Source: an uncultured Steroidobacteraceae bacterium
GTDB taxonomy: Bacteria; Pseudomonadota; Gammaproteobacteria; Steroidobacterales; Steroidobacteraceae
Reading direction: 5' to 3'
Length of the DNA: 64,000 nucleotides
NCBI GenBank assembly: GCA_964508005.1
Contig: CAZDTG010000002.1
Location: forward strand, 41,307-105,306
A program made the translations under genes and the position numbers. Shown one piece after another: positions 63,491 to 64,000 of the stretch (the first letter of the stretch is position 1; each line of letters begins with the position of its first letter). The notes below the pieces were generated by a model, which did not search any database, had not been told where the DNA came from, and saw nothing but the letters and a program-made list of their open reading frames with translations.

Positions 63491-64000
63491 AGCACATACG
63501 TCCCCACCCGCTGCCGCTGCCCCATTCCCGACAGCGCGGTTTCAGCCTGGTCGAGCTGATCGTCGCGATGGTGGTCGCGGTGTTCCTGTTGGCCGGCCTG
63601 TTCAGCGTTCTGCAGGGCACCCGCGATACCTCCACGCAGCAGACCGCGCTCGCGCAGCTGGAGGACAATGAGCGCTTTGCCATGTCGGTCTTCACGAACA
63701 TGATCGAGTCGGCCGGCTACTTTCCGACGTTGAACCCCGATGGCACGGCCAATTCGCTCGCCGCTGCCCTTCCGCAGGACGGCGCCAGCCTGGCGAGCGG
63801 CCAGGCACTCACGGGCGGAGGCAACGGCGCGGGGGGCGACAGCATCGTGGTCCGGTTTCAGACGAACCCGAACGATGGCGTGTCGAGCTGTCTGGGCCAT
63901 GCCAATACCGGCGCCGGTCAGAAAGTCTACAAGAACATCCTGCAGGTCGACTCCACTCAGAATGCCCTGACCTGTTCGGACGGTAACGGCGTGACGGCGG
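63487..64000 (+). CDS. pilW: PilW-like minor pilin (second set; 3' end outside window)
   Basis: ATG 63487 overlaps the pilV stop (ATGA). Contains ...RQRGFSLVELIVAMVVAVFLLAGLFSVLQGTRD...EDNERFAMSVFTNMIESAGYF. The frame is open to the window end. Confidence 0.8.
   Translation, partial: MKHIRPHPLPLPHSRQRGFSLVELIVAMVVAVFLLAGLFSVLQGTRDTSTQQTALAQLEDNERFAMSVFTNMIESAGYFPTLNPDGTANSLAAALPQDGASLASGQALTGGGNGAGGDSIVVRFQTNPNDGVSSCLGHANTGAGQKVYKNILQVDSTQNALTCSDGNGVTA

Noticed and set aside
1-64000. tRNA, rRNA, CRISPR arrays, integrons
   Set aside because: I scanned for T-loop GGTTCRANNCC contexts, rRNA-like conserved blocks and regularly spaced direct repeats, and found no convincing candidates. This was an eye scan, not a tRNAscan/Infernal run, so small RNAs could be missed.

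Overview
High-GC (about two-thirds G+C by eye) proteobacterial chromosomal segment with about 60 supportable protein-coding genes. I found no rRNA, tRNA or CRISPR array by eye. ORF-track start residues shown as M are sometimes GTG or TTG, and many long ORFs are antisense or out-of-frame artefacts of the GC content.

Layout:
- 1-8.2 kb: glycan/EPS locus with a Wzx-like flippase, AsnB-type amidotransferase, two GT4 glycosyltransferases, a CE4 deacetylase and a YdjC/ChbG deacetylase.
- 8.3-9.6 kb: one hypothetical gene and a sensor kinase reduced to its ATPase domain.
- 9.7-11.9 kb: a two-gene cassette of unknown function (267-aa HTH-like protein plus a roughly six-module beta-repeat lipoprotein). 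A diverged paralogous copy sits at 38.7-41.0 kb.
- 12-31.8 kb: housekeeping and catabolic genes (BON-SRPBCC, pcm, cupin, GH92, HAD, GFA, MFS, SMP-30, M20 amidohydrolase, epimerase, PuuE-like deacetylase, SDRs, amidase, TonB-dependent receptor, PaaI thioesterase).
- 31.8-38.4 kb, minus strand: a complete type IV pilus minor-pilin operon (pilE-like, fimT/U-like, pilV, pilW, pilX, pilY1).
- about 41-59.7 kb: a patchy, visibly lower-GC accessory stretch. It carries gene remnants (ccdA-like, phd/vapC, LuxR HTH, SRPBCC, IS66 pieces) and several unusual genes: ccdB, a SET-domain protein, a DRG-like TGS GTPase with two tiny downstream ORFs, a catalase-related haem protein, a pseudo-receiver/TM/coiled-coil/trypsin-like protease fusion, and an XRE-ImmA/IrrE module with two uncharacterised partners.
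- 59.9-64 kb: an OmpR-type two-component system translationally coupled to a second fimT-pilV-pilW set that runs off the window.

The best candidates for something undescribed are the duplicated cassette and the modules inside the accessory stretch. All family calls rest on by-eye motif recognition and need database confirmation.
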